A DNA stretch of 64,000 bases from Polyangiales bacterium (lineage in GTDB: Bacteria; Myxococcota_A; Polyangia; Polyangiales; Ga0077539): the NCBI GenBank assembly GCA_044229975.1, contig JBGARZ010000001.1, positions 832,001 to 896,000 on the forward strand. Reading direction: 5' to 3'. The translations under genes and the position numbers were made by a program. The notes under the pieces are model-generated. The model saw nothing but the letters and a program-made list of their open reading frames with translations. It ran no database searches and was not told where the DNA came from. Shown here piece after piece: positions 41,071 to 53,302 of this stretch; the stretch's first letter is position 1, and each line of letters begins with the position of its first letter.

Positions 41071-44000
41071 TCGCGAACGGGCACAGCCCGCTCGACGTCG
41101 CGAGGATCATCGACGGCGCGCGGATCATCGTGGTCGGGGGAACGGGCTTCCTCGGCAAGGTCTGGCTCTCGCTGCTGCTCTGCCAGTACCCCAACGTCGG
41201 CAAGATCTTCCTCGTGGTGCGCTCCAAGGGATCGCAGGACTCCGAGGCCCGCTTCTGGACCGACATCGCCCCGAGCGAGCCCTTCAAGCCGCTGCACGCG
41301 CGGCACCCCGGCGACGAGTTCGAAGCCTTCCTGCGCGACAAGATCCACGTCGTCGACGCGGACGTCTCCAAGCCCCTCTGCGGCTTCTCCAACGACCTCC
41401 GCAAGGAGATCGAAGGAACCATCGACGCCCTGGTCAACGTCGCGGGCGTGGTGGACTTCAACCCGCCGCTCGACGAGGCGCTGCTCACCAACGCCGCGGG
41501 CATGCAGAACCTCGTGGTGCTCGCCAAGGCGCTCGGCGACGTGCCGGTGCTCCACACCAGCACCACCTACGTCGCGGGCTATCGCAGCGGGCGCGTCGAG
41601 GAGGTCGATCCGCGCGACGATCCGTTCCCCTACTTCAAGGACATGCCCGACGCGCCGTGGGATCCGCACCGCGAGATCTCCGAGGGGCTGTCGCTCGCGG
41701 CGAGCGTGACGAAGCACGCCGACGACGCCAACCGCATCGCGCAGTACGAGCGCGACGCGAAGGCGAACCTCGAAGCGAAGAAGGAGCCCACGACGGGCGC
41801 GATCTTCGCGGCCGAGGTGAAGAAGGTTCGCGAGAAATGGCTGTCCGCCGAGGGCGAGCGCGTCGGCATGGAGCGCGCGAAGTTCTGGGGCTGGACCAAC
41901 ACGTACACGTACACGAAGAGCCTCGGTGAGCAGGTGCTCGCGGGCTCCGGGTTGCGCTTCACGCTCGTGCGCCCGGCGGTGATCGAGTCCTCCGTCTCCT
42001 TCCCCTCCCCGGGATGGAACGAGGGCATCAACACCATGGCCCCGATCATGTTCATGTTCATGGCGGGCCACATGCGGGTGCCCGCGCACTCGACCGCCGG
42101 TCTCGACGTGATCCCCGTCGACATGGTGTCGGGCGGCATGATCCTGGCGCTCGCGGCGCTGCTCGAGGACACGCACGCGCCGGTCTACCACCTCGGTTCG
42201 AGCCACAAGAACCCCGTCTCCATCCACCGCATCATCGAGCTGTCGGGGCTCTACAAGCGGAAGTTCTACCAGCGCACGGGCAAGGGAAACCCCTTCACCA
42301 ACTTCGTGCAGGCGCACTGGGAGCCCACGCCCGTCTCGAAGGAGATCTTCTTCAGCCAGGGCGCGCCCGCCATCGCCCGCGCCGCGAAGACGCTCTCGCA
42401 GCTCGCACGCAAGGCGGCCGTCGGTCCCGCGGCGATCTTGATGGCCCCGACATCGCGCGCGCTGAGTTCGTACAGCGACCTCGCGAAGCGCAATGGCGAG
42501 ATCTTCGGCCTCTTCGTCCCCTTCATGGCGGAGACCGACTACCAGTTCGTCACCGACGCGGCGGCCGGGCTGATGGCGCGCGCGACGGAGGCCGACCGCA
42601 TCGCGTGCAACTGGGCGCCGGAGTCCATCGACTGGCGGCACTACCTGATGGAGGTCCATTACCCGGGCCTCGACCGCTGGGTGATGCCGCTCATCGAAGA
42701 GCGCCTCAACCGCCCGACCAAGCCGCTGCGCGCGTACGTCTCGCTGCTCGATGTTCTGGACGAGGCAGCCGAGCAGCACGAGCACCGCCCGGCGCTGCTG
42801 CGACTCGAGTCCGAGGGGCTCGCGCGACTCTCCTTCACGACCTGGAAGCAGCGCTCCGACGCGACCGCCGCTCGGCTCGTCGCGATGGGCGTGAAGCCCG
42901 GTGACCGCGTGATGATCTGCGCGGGCAACCACCCGGCGTGGCCCATCGCGTACTTCGGCATCCTGCGCGCGGGCGCCGTGGCCGTGCCCGCCGACGCCGC
43001 GCTCGAAGTCTTCGCGCTGGAGAACGTCCTGCGTGCGTCGCGCTCCGTCGTCGTGATCTGCGACGCCAAGGTACGCGAACGCCTGTCGACCATCGAGGGC
43101 CTCACGGTCACCGCTGTCGACCTGCACGACGTCACCGCCGAGGACGAGTCGCTCGTCGCGCCGGAGCTGCCGCGCCCGACGGCCGACACGCTCGCGAGCG
43201 TGATCTACACCTCGGGCACCACCGGGACGCCGAAGGGCGTGATGCTCTCGCACGGCAACTTCTGCCGGATGATCGCGTCGCTCGCGCCGGTCTTCCCCCT
43301 CGGCGAGGGCGATCGGGTCCTGTCGGTCCTGCCGCTGCACCACACCTTCGAGTTCACGTGCGGGATGCTGCTGCCGCTCTCGCGCGGGGCGTCGATGGTC
43401 TACCTCGACGAACTCACCGGCGAGCGCGTTGTACAGGCGCTCCGTGATGCGAAGGTCTCCGCGATGGTGGGCGTCCCGGCGCTGTGGCAACTGCTGGAGC
43501 GGCGCATCACCCAACAGGTGAAGGACTACGGCCCCGCCGCCAACACCGTCTTCGACATGGCCCTCGCGCTCAACCGAACGCTCGGCGAGAAGGCAGGCAT
43601 CAACGTCGGCCAGGTGCTCTTCGGCACCGTCCACGCGCGATTGGGCGGGCGGCTGCGCTTCCTCATCTCGGGCGGCGCGGCGCTGCCCAAGGAGACCGCG
43701 GAGCTGTTTCGCGGCATCGGGTTGCCGCTCGCGGAGGGCTACGGGCTCACCGAGGCGTCTCCCGTGCTCACGGTCGCCAAGGCGAGCTCGTCGGCCAAGC
43801 CCGGCAGCGTCGGTGCGCCGGTGCCCGGCGTCGAGGTGAAGATCCTCAACCCCGACCCGTCGGGTGTGGGCGAGGTCGCGGCGCGCGGACCCAACGTGAT
43901 GGTCGGCTACGCGGATGACCCCGAGGCGACAGCCGCGGTGCTGTCGGCCGACGGCTGGCTCCGCACGGGCGACCTTGGGGCCATCGACAAGAAGGGTCGG

Positions 44001-45734
44001 CTCACCCTCGTCGGTCGCAGCAAGGACGTGGTCGTCGCGGCCAACGGCGAGAACATCTACCCCGACGACGTCGAGCGCGCGCTGGGCGAAGTGTCACTGG
44101 TGAAGGAGCTCGTGGTGCTCGGCATCGCCGACGCCCGCGGCGGAGAGCGCCTCGCGCTGCTCGCGGTGCCCGACCTCGACGACGTGCCCGCGGAGGACCG
44201 CCCGGCCCGTCGCGACAAGGCGCTGCGCAACCTCAAGCACGCGGTGCGCGATCTTCCTCCGGCGTGGCAGCCCGCGGTGGTGCTCCCCTACGACGCAACG
44301 CTCCCACGTACCGCGACGCGCAAGGTGAAGCGCGCCGAGGTGCGCCCGGTGGTCGAGCGCCTCGTGGCGGCGACCACGCCCGTGCGGCCCGGGACGAGCG
44401 GTCGGTCGACACCGGAGAACCCGGTGCGACAGGCCATCGCGGCGATCGCGCGGCGGCCCATCGAGGACGTCACCGAGAAGAGCCGGCTGCGGGCCGACCT
44501 CGGGTACGACTCGCTGATGGCGATGGAGCTCGCGGTGGCGCTGGAGGCCATCCGGGGGCGACAGGTTCCGCAGGAGATGGTGAGCGTCGAGACGGTGGGC
44601 GAACTGGAGCGGGCGCTGGGCTTGGACAGCGAGCTTGCGCGGCAGCACGACGACGAGCGCGCGGTCGCGCCGAAGGACGACGACGACGAGATCAGGCTCG
44701 ACGTCCCGGCGCCGCTCAAGGACGCCGCCAAGTCGGCGCTCGCGGTGTTGCAGCGCGAGTTCTACGCGTCGGTGATGAAGCCCAGGGTGACGGGGCGCGC
44801 GTACATCCCGCACAACCGCAACGCGCTCGTGGTGGCCAACCACACGAGCCACCTGGACATGGGCTTCGTGAAGTACGCCCTCGGCAGCTACGGGAAGAAC
44901 CTCGTAGCCCTCGCGGCGCGCGACTACTTCTTCGACACGCCGCTCAAGCGCGCGCTGATGGAGAACCTCACCAACGTCGCCTCCTTCGACCGCGACGCGG
45001 GCCTGCACGAGACACTCAACGAGGTCGGCGAGCTGCTCCGCGCGGGCAAGACGGTGCTCATCTTCCCGGAGGGCACGCGCAGTCCCGATGGGCGCATCCA
45101 GAAGTTCCTCGGGGCGGTGGGCTTCCTCACGCTGCACTACGAGGTCGACGTGCTCCCGGTGTGGGTGGGCGGAACCTTCGAGTCGCTCCCCAAGACGGGC
45201 CTCGTCCCCAAGCGGCGGGACATCACGGCGCGCATCGGTCCGCCGCTGGAGCTCGATCACATCCGTCGGCTTACGCGCGGGATGAAGCCCGTGGAGTCGG
45301 CGCGCACGGTGGCGCGCCTCGCGCAACGCGCGGTGGAGTCGCTGCGCGACGGGACGGTGCTCGACCTGTCGACGCTCTCCGACGCGAAGGAGGACACGGC
45401 GGCGCGCAAGCATCCGCTGGTGGCGCTCTTCGACGAGCTGCCCGGGCGCTTCCTCAAGGGGAAGGTCGACAACCCCGTGAGCTTCTACTTCACCCTGGGC
45501 GCCGAGCCCGAGGCCAAGTGGACGGTGCAGGTCACGCCGACCGAGTGCCTCGTGGTCAACGGGAAGTCCGACACCGGCACCGCGGACTGCGTCCTCAAGA
45601 CGAGCGCCGAGCTGTTCACGCGCATCGTGCGCGAGGGCTACGAGCCGGGCGTGTCGGAGTTCATGTCGGGGCAGGTGAAGTCCAACGACGTGGGTCTCTT
45701 GCAGACCTTCACGCGCGCCTTCCACCTGGGTTGA
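41067..45734 (+). CDS. elbD: multifunctional ether-lipid biosynthesis enzyme: FAR-like reductase, acyl-CoA synthetase, ACP, acyltransferase, SCP2
   Basis: GGTGFLGK, NTYTYTK, YTSGTTGTPKG, GYGLTE, DLGYDSL (Ppant Ser), NHTSHLD and FPEGTRS, C-terminal SCP2-like (FMSGQVK). Confidence 0.85.
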
Positions 45735-45752
45735 GCGAGCGGAGACTTTCCG

Positions 45753-46751
45753 ATGAAGGCACTGGTCACGGGCGCGTCAGGGTTTCTCGGCGCCCACCTG
45801 GTCGACACACTGGTCGCGCGCGGTCACGAGGTCGTGGCCCTGGCACGCAAGCCCGCGCGGGTCGCCTCGCGGGCGGGCGTCACGGCCGTCGCGGGAGACA
45901 TCCTCGACGCCGACTCGCTCAAGGGCGCGGCGGCGGGCTGCGAGGCCATCTTCCATTGCGCGGGCGTGGTGTCGCGCGACCCCGAGGACGGGGAGCTCTT
46001 GTGGCGCACCAACGTCCTCGGCACCCGCAACGTGGTGCAGGCCGCGAAGGCCGCCGGGGTGAAGCGCGTCGTGCACGCGAGCACCAGTGGGACGGTGGCC
46101 ATCAGCGAAGACGCCACGCAGGTCAGCCGCGAGGACGACCCGACGCCGTACGCCCTCATCGAGCGCTTCCCGTACTACCGCTCGAAGCTCTACGCCGAGC
46201 AGGAGGCGCTGCGGGCCAACGGCGACGACCTCGCCGTGGTGTGCGTCAACCCGTCGCTGCTGCTCGGTCCGGGCGACGAGTTCGGCTCTTCGACGGGGGA
46301 CGTGCAGCGCTTCCTCGACCGGAAGATTCCGGCCGTCCCGGCAGGTGGCATGGCCTACGTCGACGCCCGCGACGCGGCCGAGGCGATGGTGCTGGCGTGG
46401 GAGAAGGGAACGCCCGGGCGGCGGTACCTGGTCAACGCGGTCAACTGCACGCTGCGGGAGTTCTTCGGGCGGCTGGCGCGGGTGAGCGGGGTCGAGGCGC
46501 CGACGCTGCGGATGCCGCCATCGCGCACGGTCGCGCGCTTCGGGGCGCGGCTCATGGAGGCCGGCGCGAAGTTCGCGGGCACCACCGCCCCGGTCGACGC
46601 GACCAGCGTCGAGATGTCCCAGCTCTATTGGTACTGCGACAGTTCGCGAGCGACGCGTGACCTCGGCTGGGCCCCGCGTGACCCCGTCGCGACCCTCGCC
46701 GACACCGTCGACGACCTCCGTCGACGGACGACCTTCAAGACCCTCCGCTGA
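45753..46751 (+). CDS. NAD-dependent epimerase/dehydratase (extended SDR)
   Basis: TGASGFLG, YYRSK, VNPSLLLGPGD. Confidence 0.9.
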   Translation: MKALVTGASGFLGAHLVDTLVARGHEVVALARKPARVASRAGVTAVAGDILDADSLKGAAAGCEAIFHCAGVVSRDPEDGELLWRTNVLGTRNVVQAAKAAGVKRVVHASTSGTVAISEDATQVSREDDPTPYALIERFPYYRSKLYAEQEALRANGDDLAVVCVNPSLLLGPGDEFGSSTGDVQRFLDRKIPAVPAGGMAYVDARDAAEAMVLAWEKGTPGRRYLVNAVNCTLREFFGRLARVSGVEAPTLRMPPSRTVARFGARLMEAGAKFAGTTAPVDATSVEMSQLYWYCDSSRATRDLGWAPRDPVATLADTVDDLRRRTTFKTLR

Positions 46752-47227
46752 CCACCCGAAGCTCCCCGAGCGCGGGCACACAGACGCCCACTGACGGGCG
46801 TCATCATTTCGCCCGTCGGCTTTCTGACAGCGGCCCTGATGCCACAGCGTCAGATCGGGAAAGTGACACTACAACCGTCACTACCATGACACTCCGGACG
46901 CCCGACCGGAGGGCTTGTCAGGGAACCGACGGGGGCTCCGGGCGCCCGATGTCGGAAGAGAATATCCCGTCATCGACAGGCGACAACCCAACCGATATCA
47001 CAGCCGATATCTCTTTCGACCATGGCGGCATCGCCCGCGCGACCAAGGCTCCGACGGCTTCATTTCGCGGGCGTAAAATGGCCCGATCATTTCATTGTCG
47101 ATATCGGGACCGATCACCCCTTCGGCCCCATCTCGCTACGGCAAACCACCGCTGCGTCTCGCACCTACAACGTGGCTAATTCGTCAGACCATTGACGTGT
47201 CAGGTTTGTGGTGTCGATATATTGGCG

Positions 47228-48712
<1,485 letters not shown>

Positions 48713-48715
48713 CCC

Positions 48716-50107
48716 TCACGCCTCGGCGGAAGGCGCCGTCTTGACCGCGCCGACCACCGGCAGCGCCGACCCCGCCAGCAGCGCCCTCGCGCACGGACCG
48801 ACGACCTCGGCCAGCGCCTCGCGCACCGTCGCCGCGTGCTCCGCCGCGTCGAGCCGTCCCCACGCCCGCCACGCCTGCGCGTCGACCCCGATCGCCACGT
48901 CGGCGACGGCGGTGGGCGACCGACCGAGCGCGTCGGCGAAGGCCCGCTCCGCCACCGCGAGAAGCTCTGGCCGCGAGGTCACCGCCCACGCGACGAAGCG
49001 CCAGGCCAGGTTGGCGTGGCGCTCCTCGTCGGCGGCGATGCGAGCGAGCGCCGTGCGGGCCAGCGGCGACGTCGCCCGAGCGAGCTGCGCCTGCGCCACC
49101 AGGGCCGCCACGGTCTCGCCCACGCAGCCCTCGACGATCGCGTCGCGCACCGACTTCTCCGCGCACAGGCCGTCGAGCGCGCCCGAGGCGTCGAGCGCAC
49201 CGGGGCCCGTCGTCGCGCCGTCGAGCGACGCCGCGAGGTCGAGGCACAGCCGCGCGTGGTCGACCTCGTCGAGCGCCGCCCGCTGCGCGTCCGCCACCAG
49301 CGAGGGTGGAGCGCCCATGGCGAGGAGCTCCATGGTGAAGCGCGCGAACGACGCCACCGACGCGTGCTCCATGCGCCCGTCTTCGCGCCACGCCGCCGCG
49401 AGCGCCGCGCGCGTCGAGGCGTCGAGCCCGCCCACGGTCTGCGTCGGCACCGTCACCCACGACGACGCCGTCACCGTCTCGGCCGACCGCGGCGAGCCGT
49501 CGACCATCATCGGCCGACCGCAGCAGGCCATGTCGCACCACGTGTAGCAACACAGCTCGCCCTCCCGCTCCACCGCGAGCGCCGGGTTGCAGCAGCCGCT
49601 CTGCACGACCTGCGGCGCGTAGCACCCGTTGGACGCCCGCGGCGCGTCGATGGGCTCGGGGCCCGCGTCGCGCACGCCGCCCGCGTCGAAGATCGGACGA
49701 AAGCCCGCACCGCCGCCGCCTGGAGGCGTGCGGATGCGGGCCTCGACCTCTTCGAAGGTGAGGCACTGCCGCTCCGCGCGCGTGCCGCACGAGATCCCGT
49801 TGTCGGTCGCGACGGGGCGGTCTTCGGGGAAGCCTGCGTCGACGGCGACCTGCACATCGACGGGCGTGCCCAGGTCGACGAGCACGGGGCGGTCGACGGC
49901 GGTCTGCACGTCGACAGGAGTGCCCTGGTCGACGGGCGTGGGGCGATCGACGGCGGTCTGCACGTCGACGGCAGTGCCCTGATCGACGGGCGAACCCTGA
50001 TCGACCGCGGCGTCGGTGGTGGTCACCGACCCGGAGCACCCAAGCGGGAGCAGCGGGGCGAGCGTGGCGAGGAGCCCGATGCGAAAGCGAGTGGAGTTGC
50101 GCGTCAT
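48716..50107 (-). CDS. ferritin-like domain lipoprotein
   Basis: LPLGC lipobox; CCGRP; MEHASVASF, DEVDHA, EGCVGET, DEERHA. Confidence 0.85.
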   Translation of the reverse strand: MTRNSTRFRIGLLATLAPLLPLGCSGSVTTTDAAVDQGSPVDQGTAVDVQTAVDRPTPVDQGTPVDVQTAVDRPVLVDLGTPVDVQVAVDAGFPEDRPVATDNGISCGTRAERQCLTFEEVEARIRTPPGGGGAGFRPIFDAGGVRDAGPEPIDAPRASNGCYAPQVVQSGCCNPALAVEREGELCCYTWCDMACCGRPMMVDGSPRSAETVTASSWVTVPTQTVGGLDASTRAALAAAWREDGRMEHASVASFARFTMELLAMGAPPSLVADAQRAALDEVDHARLCLDLAASLDGATTGPGALDASGALDGLCAEKSVRDAIVEGCVGETVAALVAQAQLARATSPLARTALARIAADEERHANLAWRFVAWAVTSRPELLAVAERAFADALGRSPTAVADVAIGVDAQAWRAWGRLDAAEHAATVREALAEVVGPCARALLAGSALPVVGAVKTAPSAEA

Positions 50108-50198
50108 GGCGCCGAGCCTCGCACCGCTCGTGCCGTACGGGAAGTGACGGCGGATGGAGGTACGACCTGCGCCAGGGTGCGCCAGGCCGTCGATGGGA

Positions 50199-50930
50199 TC
50201 AGGCGGTGACGTCGAGGCGGTAGAGGGTCCCGCCGTTGTCGATGCCGTAGAGGTTGCCGCTCGCCGAGAAGAGGTGGCGGAAGTCGCTCAGGTCGTCGCC
50301 CGTGAGCTCTTCGTAGGATGAGTCTTCGAGCGTCGTTGCGCCGAGCGCGCCGTCGTCCTCGATCGCGTAGAAGACGCCGTTGTGGATCGTCGCCGCGAGC
50401 GTGTCGTCGTAGGCGCCCTCGTCGCCGAAGCGGCTCCACTCGCCGCTCTCGCCGTCGATCTTGTAGAGGCTACCTTCCTTCTCCAGCACGTAGACGTAGC
50501 CCTGCCACACCCACAGCGCCGCGGTGTCATAGCCGTCGCCGAGGTCGGTGGGCTCGCCGCCGTCCACCGGCATCGCCGAGAGCTGACCCGCGTCGTCGAC
50601 GTAGTAGATCGTCCCCTGCACCGCGTCGGCGGCCACCGCGTCGGCCCACGCCTCGTCGTCGCCGATCTGCTCCCACTCGCCCGTGCTGGGGTCGATCTCG
50701 TAGAGCGTGCCGTCGTTTTCGATGGCGTAGAGCACGCCGTCGTTGGTGCCGTCCGCCATGAGGATGCGCGTGTTGTAGCCCTCGCCGAGCACCTTCCACT
50801 GCCCGAGCTTCGCGCTCGTCGAGTAGAGCTTGCCGCCCTCCTCATAGGTGAAGAGCTTGCGCCCGAGGCCCACGCCCGTGACGGTGTTCTTCCACGCGCC
50901 GGGCTCGCTCTCCTGAACCTTGCTGACCAT
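50199..50930 (-). CDS. acidic beta-propeller-like protein
   Basis: Repeated LYxIExxGxLYxID..GEW blades. Confidence 0.7.
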   Translation of the reverse strand: MVSKVQESEPGAWKNTVTGVGLGRKLFTYEEGGKLYSTSAKLGQWKVLGEGYNTRILMADGTNDGVLYAIENDGTLYEIDPSTGEWEQIGDDEAWADAVAADAVQGTIYYVDDAGQLSAMPVDGGEPTDLGDGYDTAALWVWQGYVYVLEKEGSLYKIDGESGEWSRFGDEGAYDDTLAATIHNGVFYAIEDDGALGATTLEDSSYEELTGDDLSDFRHLFSASGNLYGIDNGGTLYRLDVTA

Positions 50931-51034
50931 CGTCGCCTCCTGTCGCGGCGCGCGGAGAACACGCTCTCCATCGCCGCGAAGGCGCGCACCCTCGCACGGA
51001 GCACAGAGCCCGCGCCACCGTTGTCAGGGTGCGC

Positions 51035-51634
51035 TCAGTGCGCCGAAGCGGGAGCGAGCTTCGCCATGATCGCGAAGCCGAGGCCGAGCACCGGGGTCAC
51101 CACCGCCATGGGGACGAGCGCCGCAACGGCGGCCGAGGTCCATGCGGCGAAGCTGGCGACGTCGCCCGCGGTGGCGCTGGGCGCGGGGCCGTCGAGGTCG
51201 AGCTCGCGACGCATCTCGCCGACGGGGCGGTCGAGCAGGGCGTCGTTGAAGGTCGCGCCGTACAGGTTGCGGCTGTGACGACCGCGCACGAACGCACGGA
51301 ACACGGACACCGGCGCGAGCCCGAGGCCCATGCCCATCGCCGTGAGGTTGAGAAACCACGCGGCGTAGTGGTCGGTGCAGCCCGTCGCGATCTCCCAGGC
51401 GCCGATCTGACCTTCGCCCGCGTTGGTGGTCGGGTAGTCGGTGACGAGGTGGTGCAGGTCGTGGAAGCGCACCGCGCGCACCCGCGACGGCGTGTTGGGA
51501 AACGCTACCGGGAAGGGGCCGACCTTCGACTTCACCCACCCGTCGTTGTAGCCGCCGTCGACGCCGAAGTGGTTGTCCTCGAAGTATTGCCGTCGCGCGT
51601 CGCGCATCGTGAGCGTGTCGTCGTAGTGGACCAT
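51035..51634 (-). CDS. Coq4-like HDxxH metal-binding membrane protein
   Basis: HDLHHLVTDY...GE motif. Confidence 0.6.
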   Translation of the reverse strand: MVHYDDTLTMRDARRQYFEDNHFGVDGGYNDGWVKSKVGPFPVAFPNTPSRVRAVRFHDLHHLVTDYPTTNAGEGQIGAWEIATGCTDHYAAWFLNLTAMGMGLGLAPVSVFRAFVRGRHSRNLYGATFNDALLDRPVGEMRRELDLDGPAPSATAGDVASFAAWTSAAVAALVPMAVVTPVLGLGFAIMAKLAPASAH

Positions 51635-51716
51635 GGCGTTCCGTCTCCCTCGCGGGTGGTGGGTGTAGGGTCGAAGCCCCCCAGCTCGTCAAGGGACGAT
51701 CGGCTACGGTAGCGCC

Positions 51717-52463
51717 ATGCCAGCGAAGACCCCGAAGCCCTCCGCGAGCGACTCTGTCCGCCAACAGTGGCTGGCTCGTGTCGAGGCCGAGTACCGGTCG
51801 GCCGTGCTCACCCAGGAGCTCACCCTCTGGCTGATGCAGGCCGGCGCCTCGCCCGACCTCCTGCGCGACGGCCTCCGCATCGTCGAGGACGAGCTCACCC
51901 ACGCCGAGCTCTCCATGGCCGCCTACCAGGCCGCCGGCGGGAGCTCGCTCCCCACCCTCGCGCGCGAGACCCTCGGCCTCACGAGGCACCACGGCGAGCC
52001 GCTCGAACACGACATCCTCCGCGTCGCCGGGGACGGCTTCTGCCTGGGCGAAACCGTCGCCGTCCCGCTCTTCAAGAACCTCCGCGACGGCTGCACCGTC
52101 CCCGTCGCCCGCAAGGCCCTCGACCGCATCCTGCGCGACGAGGTGCGCCACCGCGACTTCGGCTGGACCCTCCTCGAATGGCTCCTCGAAGGACCGCTCG
52201 GCGCCAACCTCCGTGGACTTGTCGGGCGTGAGCTGCCCGACTGGTTCGAGCGCATCCGGCGCAGCTACGCGCCGGCGTACGCAGGGCAGTTCACCACCAT
52301 CTCGGAGGACGATCAGCAGTGGGGGCTCATGGCACCCGCCCGCTACGCAGCGGTCGTCGAACGGAGTTGGGAGCGCGACTGGAAGCCTCGCTTCAGCGAG
52401 CTCGGCATCGACGCCGTCCCCGCGTGGGAGACGGCCACGGCCCGCACTACGACAGCGCGATGA
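51717..52463 (+). CDS. ferritin-like (diiron) domain protein
   Basis: EAEYRS, DELTH, LGETVA, DEVRHRDFGW. Confidence 0.85.
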   Translation: MPAKTPKPSASDSVRQQWLARVEAEYRSAVLTQELTLWLMQAGASPDLLRDGLRIVEDELTHAELSMAAYQAAGGSSLPTLARETLGLTRHHGEPLEHDILRVAGDGFCLGETVAVPLFKNLRDGCTVPVARKALDRILRDEVRHRDFGWTLLEWLLEGPLGANLRGLVGRELPDWFERIRRSYAPAYAGQFTTISEDDQQWGLMAPARYAAVVERSWERDWKPRFSELGIDAVPAWETATARTTTAR

Positions 52464-52956
52464 CCACGCCCGCATCGGCGAGTGGGTGCACGGCGCAGTC
52501 GGTCGATGAGCCGTCCTCCCAGACCAGACAGGTGAAGTCGATGCGGTCGTCGAGGGCGATCATCGGGTGGTGCCACACACCCGGGCGGTAGCTCACGCCC
52601 GTGGCCCCAGCGACCACGAAGGCACGCAGCGTCGACAGGTCGGGCGCGTCGCCACCGAGCGCGACCACCGCGAGGTAGCGGCGGGCGTTCATGGGGATGA
52701 ACACCTGCGTCGACGCAGGGTGCTTCTCCAGCAGCGCCAACGGGAGTGGCCAGTCGAGGCGCGGGGCACAGCGGAAGCTGCACACGTTGAGCGTGGCTTC
52801 GGGGCGCAGCGAACGAACGTCGGTGAGGAAGTCGCGGCGGGCAGCGGTTCCCTGGTTGGCGGGCTTCGCGGCGACGTCGGCGCGCTCGGCGGAGATCACG
52901 TCGCCATAGGGCGCGTAGGCTTCCGACGAGAGCGCCTCGGCGACGACGATGGGCAC
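52447..52956 (-). CDS. allA: ureidoglycolate lyase
   Basis: LEKHPASTQVFIPM, GVSYRPGVWHHP. Confidence 0.9.
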   Translation of the reverse strand: MPIVVAEALSSEAYAPYGDVISAERADVAAKPANQGTAARRDFLTDVRSLRPEATLNVCSFRCAPRLDWPLPLALLEKHPASTQVFIPMNARRYLAVVALGGDAPDLSTLRAFVVAGATGVSYRPGVWHHPMIALDDRIDFTCLVWEDGSSTDCAVHPLADAGVVIALS

Positions 52957-52957
52957 G

Positions 52958-53302
52958 TCAGCTCCCGCGGTAGGTGCTGAGCCCGAAGGGGCTGAGCAGC
53001 AGCGGGACGTGGTGATGCTGGCTCGCGTCGCGCACGCGGAAGACGAGCACCGCCTCGGGGAAGAAGCCCTCCACGCCGATGGCGCCGAAGTACGCCTCGG
53101 TGTCGAAGGTGAGGCGATACACACCCTCGGAGAGCGGCGTGTTGGTGGGGACCAGCGTGCGGAGGCGGCCGTCGTCGTCGGTCTTGCCGTGACCGACGGG
53201 CGCCCAGGAGCCGTCGTCGCGGCGACGTTCGAGGAGGACGGGGACGCCCGTCGCAGGCTTGCCGCGCGCGGTGTCGAGGACGTGGGTGGTGATGCTGTTC
53301 AT
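52958..53302 (-). CDS. uraH: 5-hydroxyisourate hydrolase
   Basis: ITTHVLDTARGKPA, HVPLLLSPF, C-terminal YRGS. Confidence 0.95.
   Translation of the reverse strand: MNSITTHVLDTARGKPATGVPVLLERRRDDGSWAPVGHGKTDDDGRLRTLVPTNTPLSEGVYRLTFDTEAYFGAIGVEGFFPEAVLVFRVRDASQHHHVPLLLSPFGLSTYRGS

Noticed and set aside
47140..47170. c-di-GMP-I riboswitch suggested by GGCAAACC
   Set aside because: The downstream GAAA tetraloop and receptor elements are absent
46886..47179. 97-aa ORF in the intergenic region
   Set aside because: Atypical codon bias, no motifs and no clear RBS
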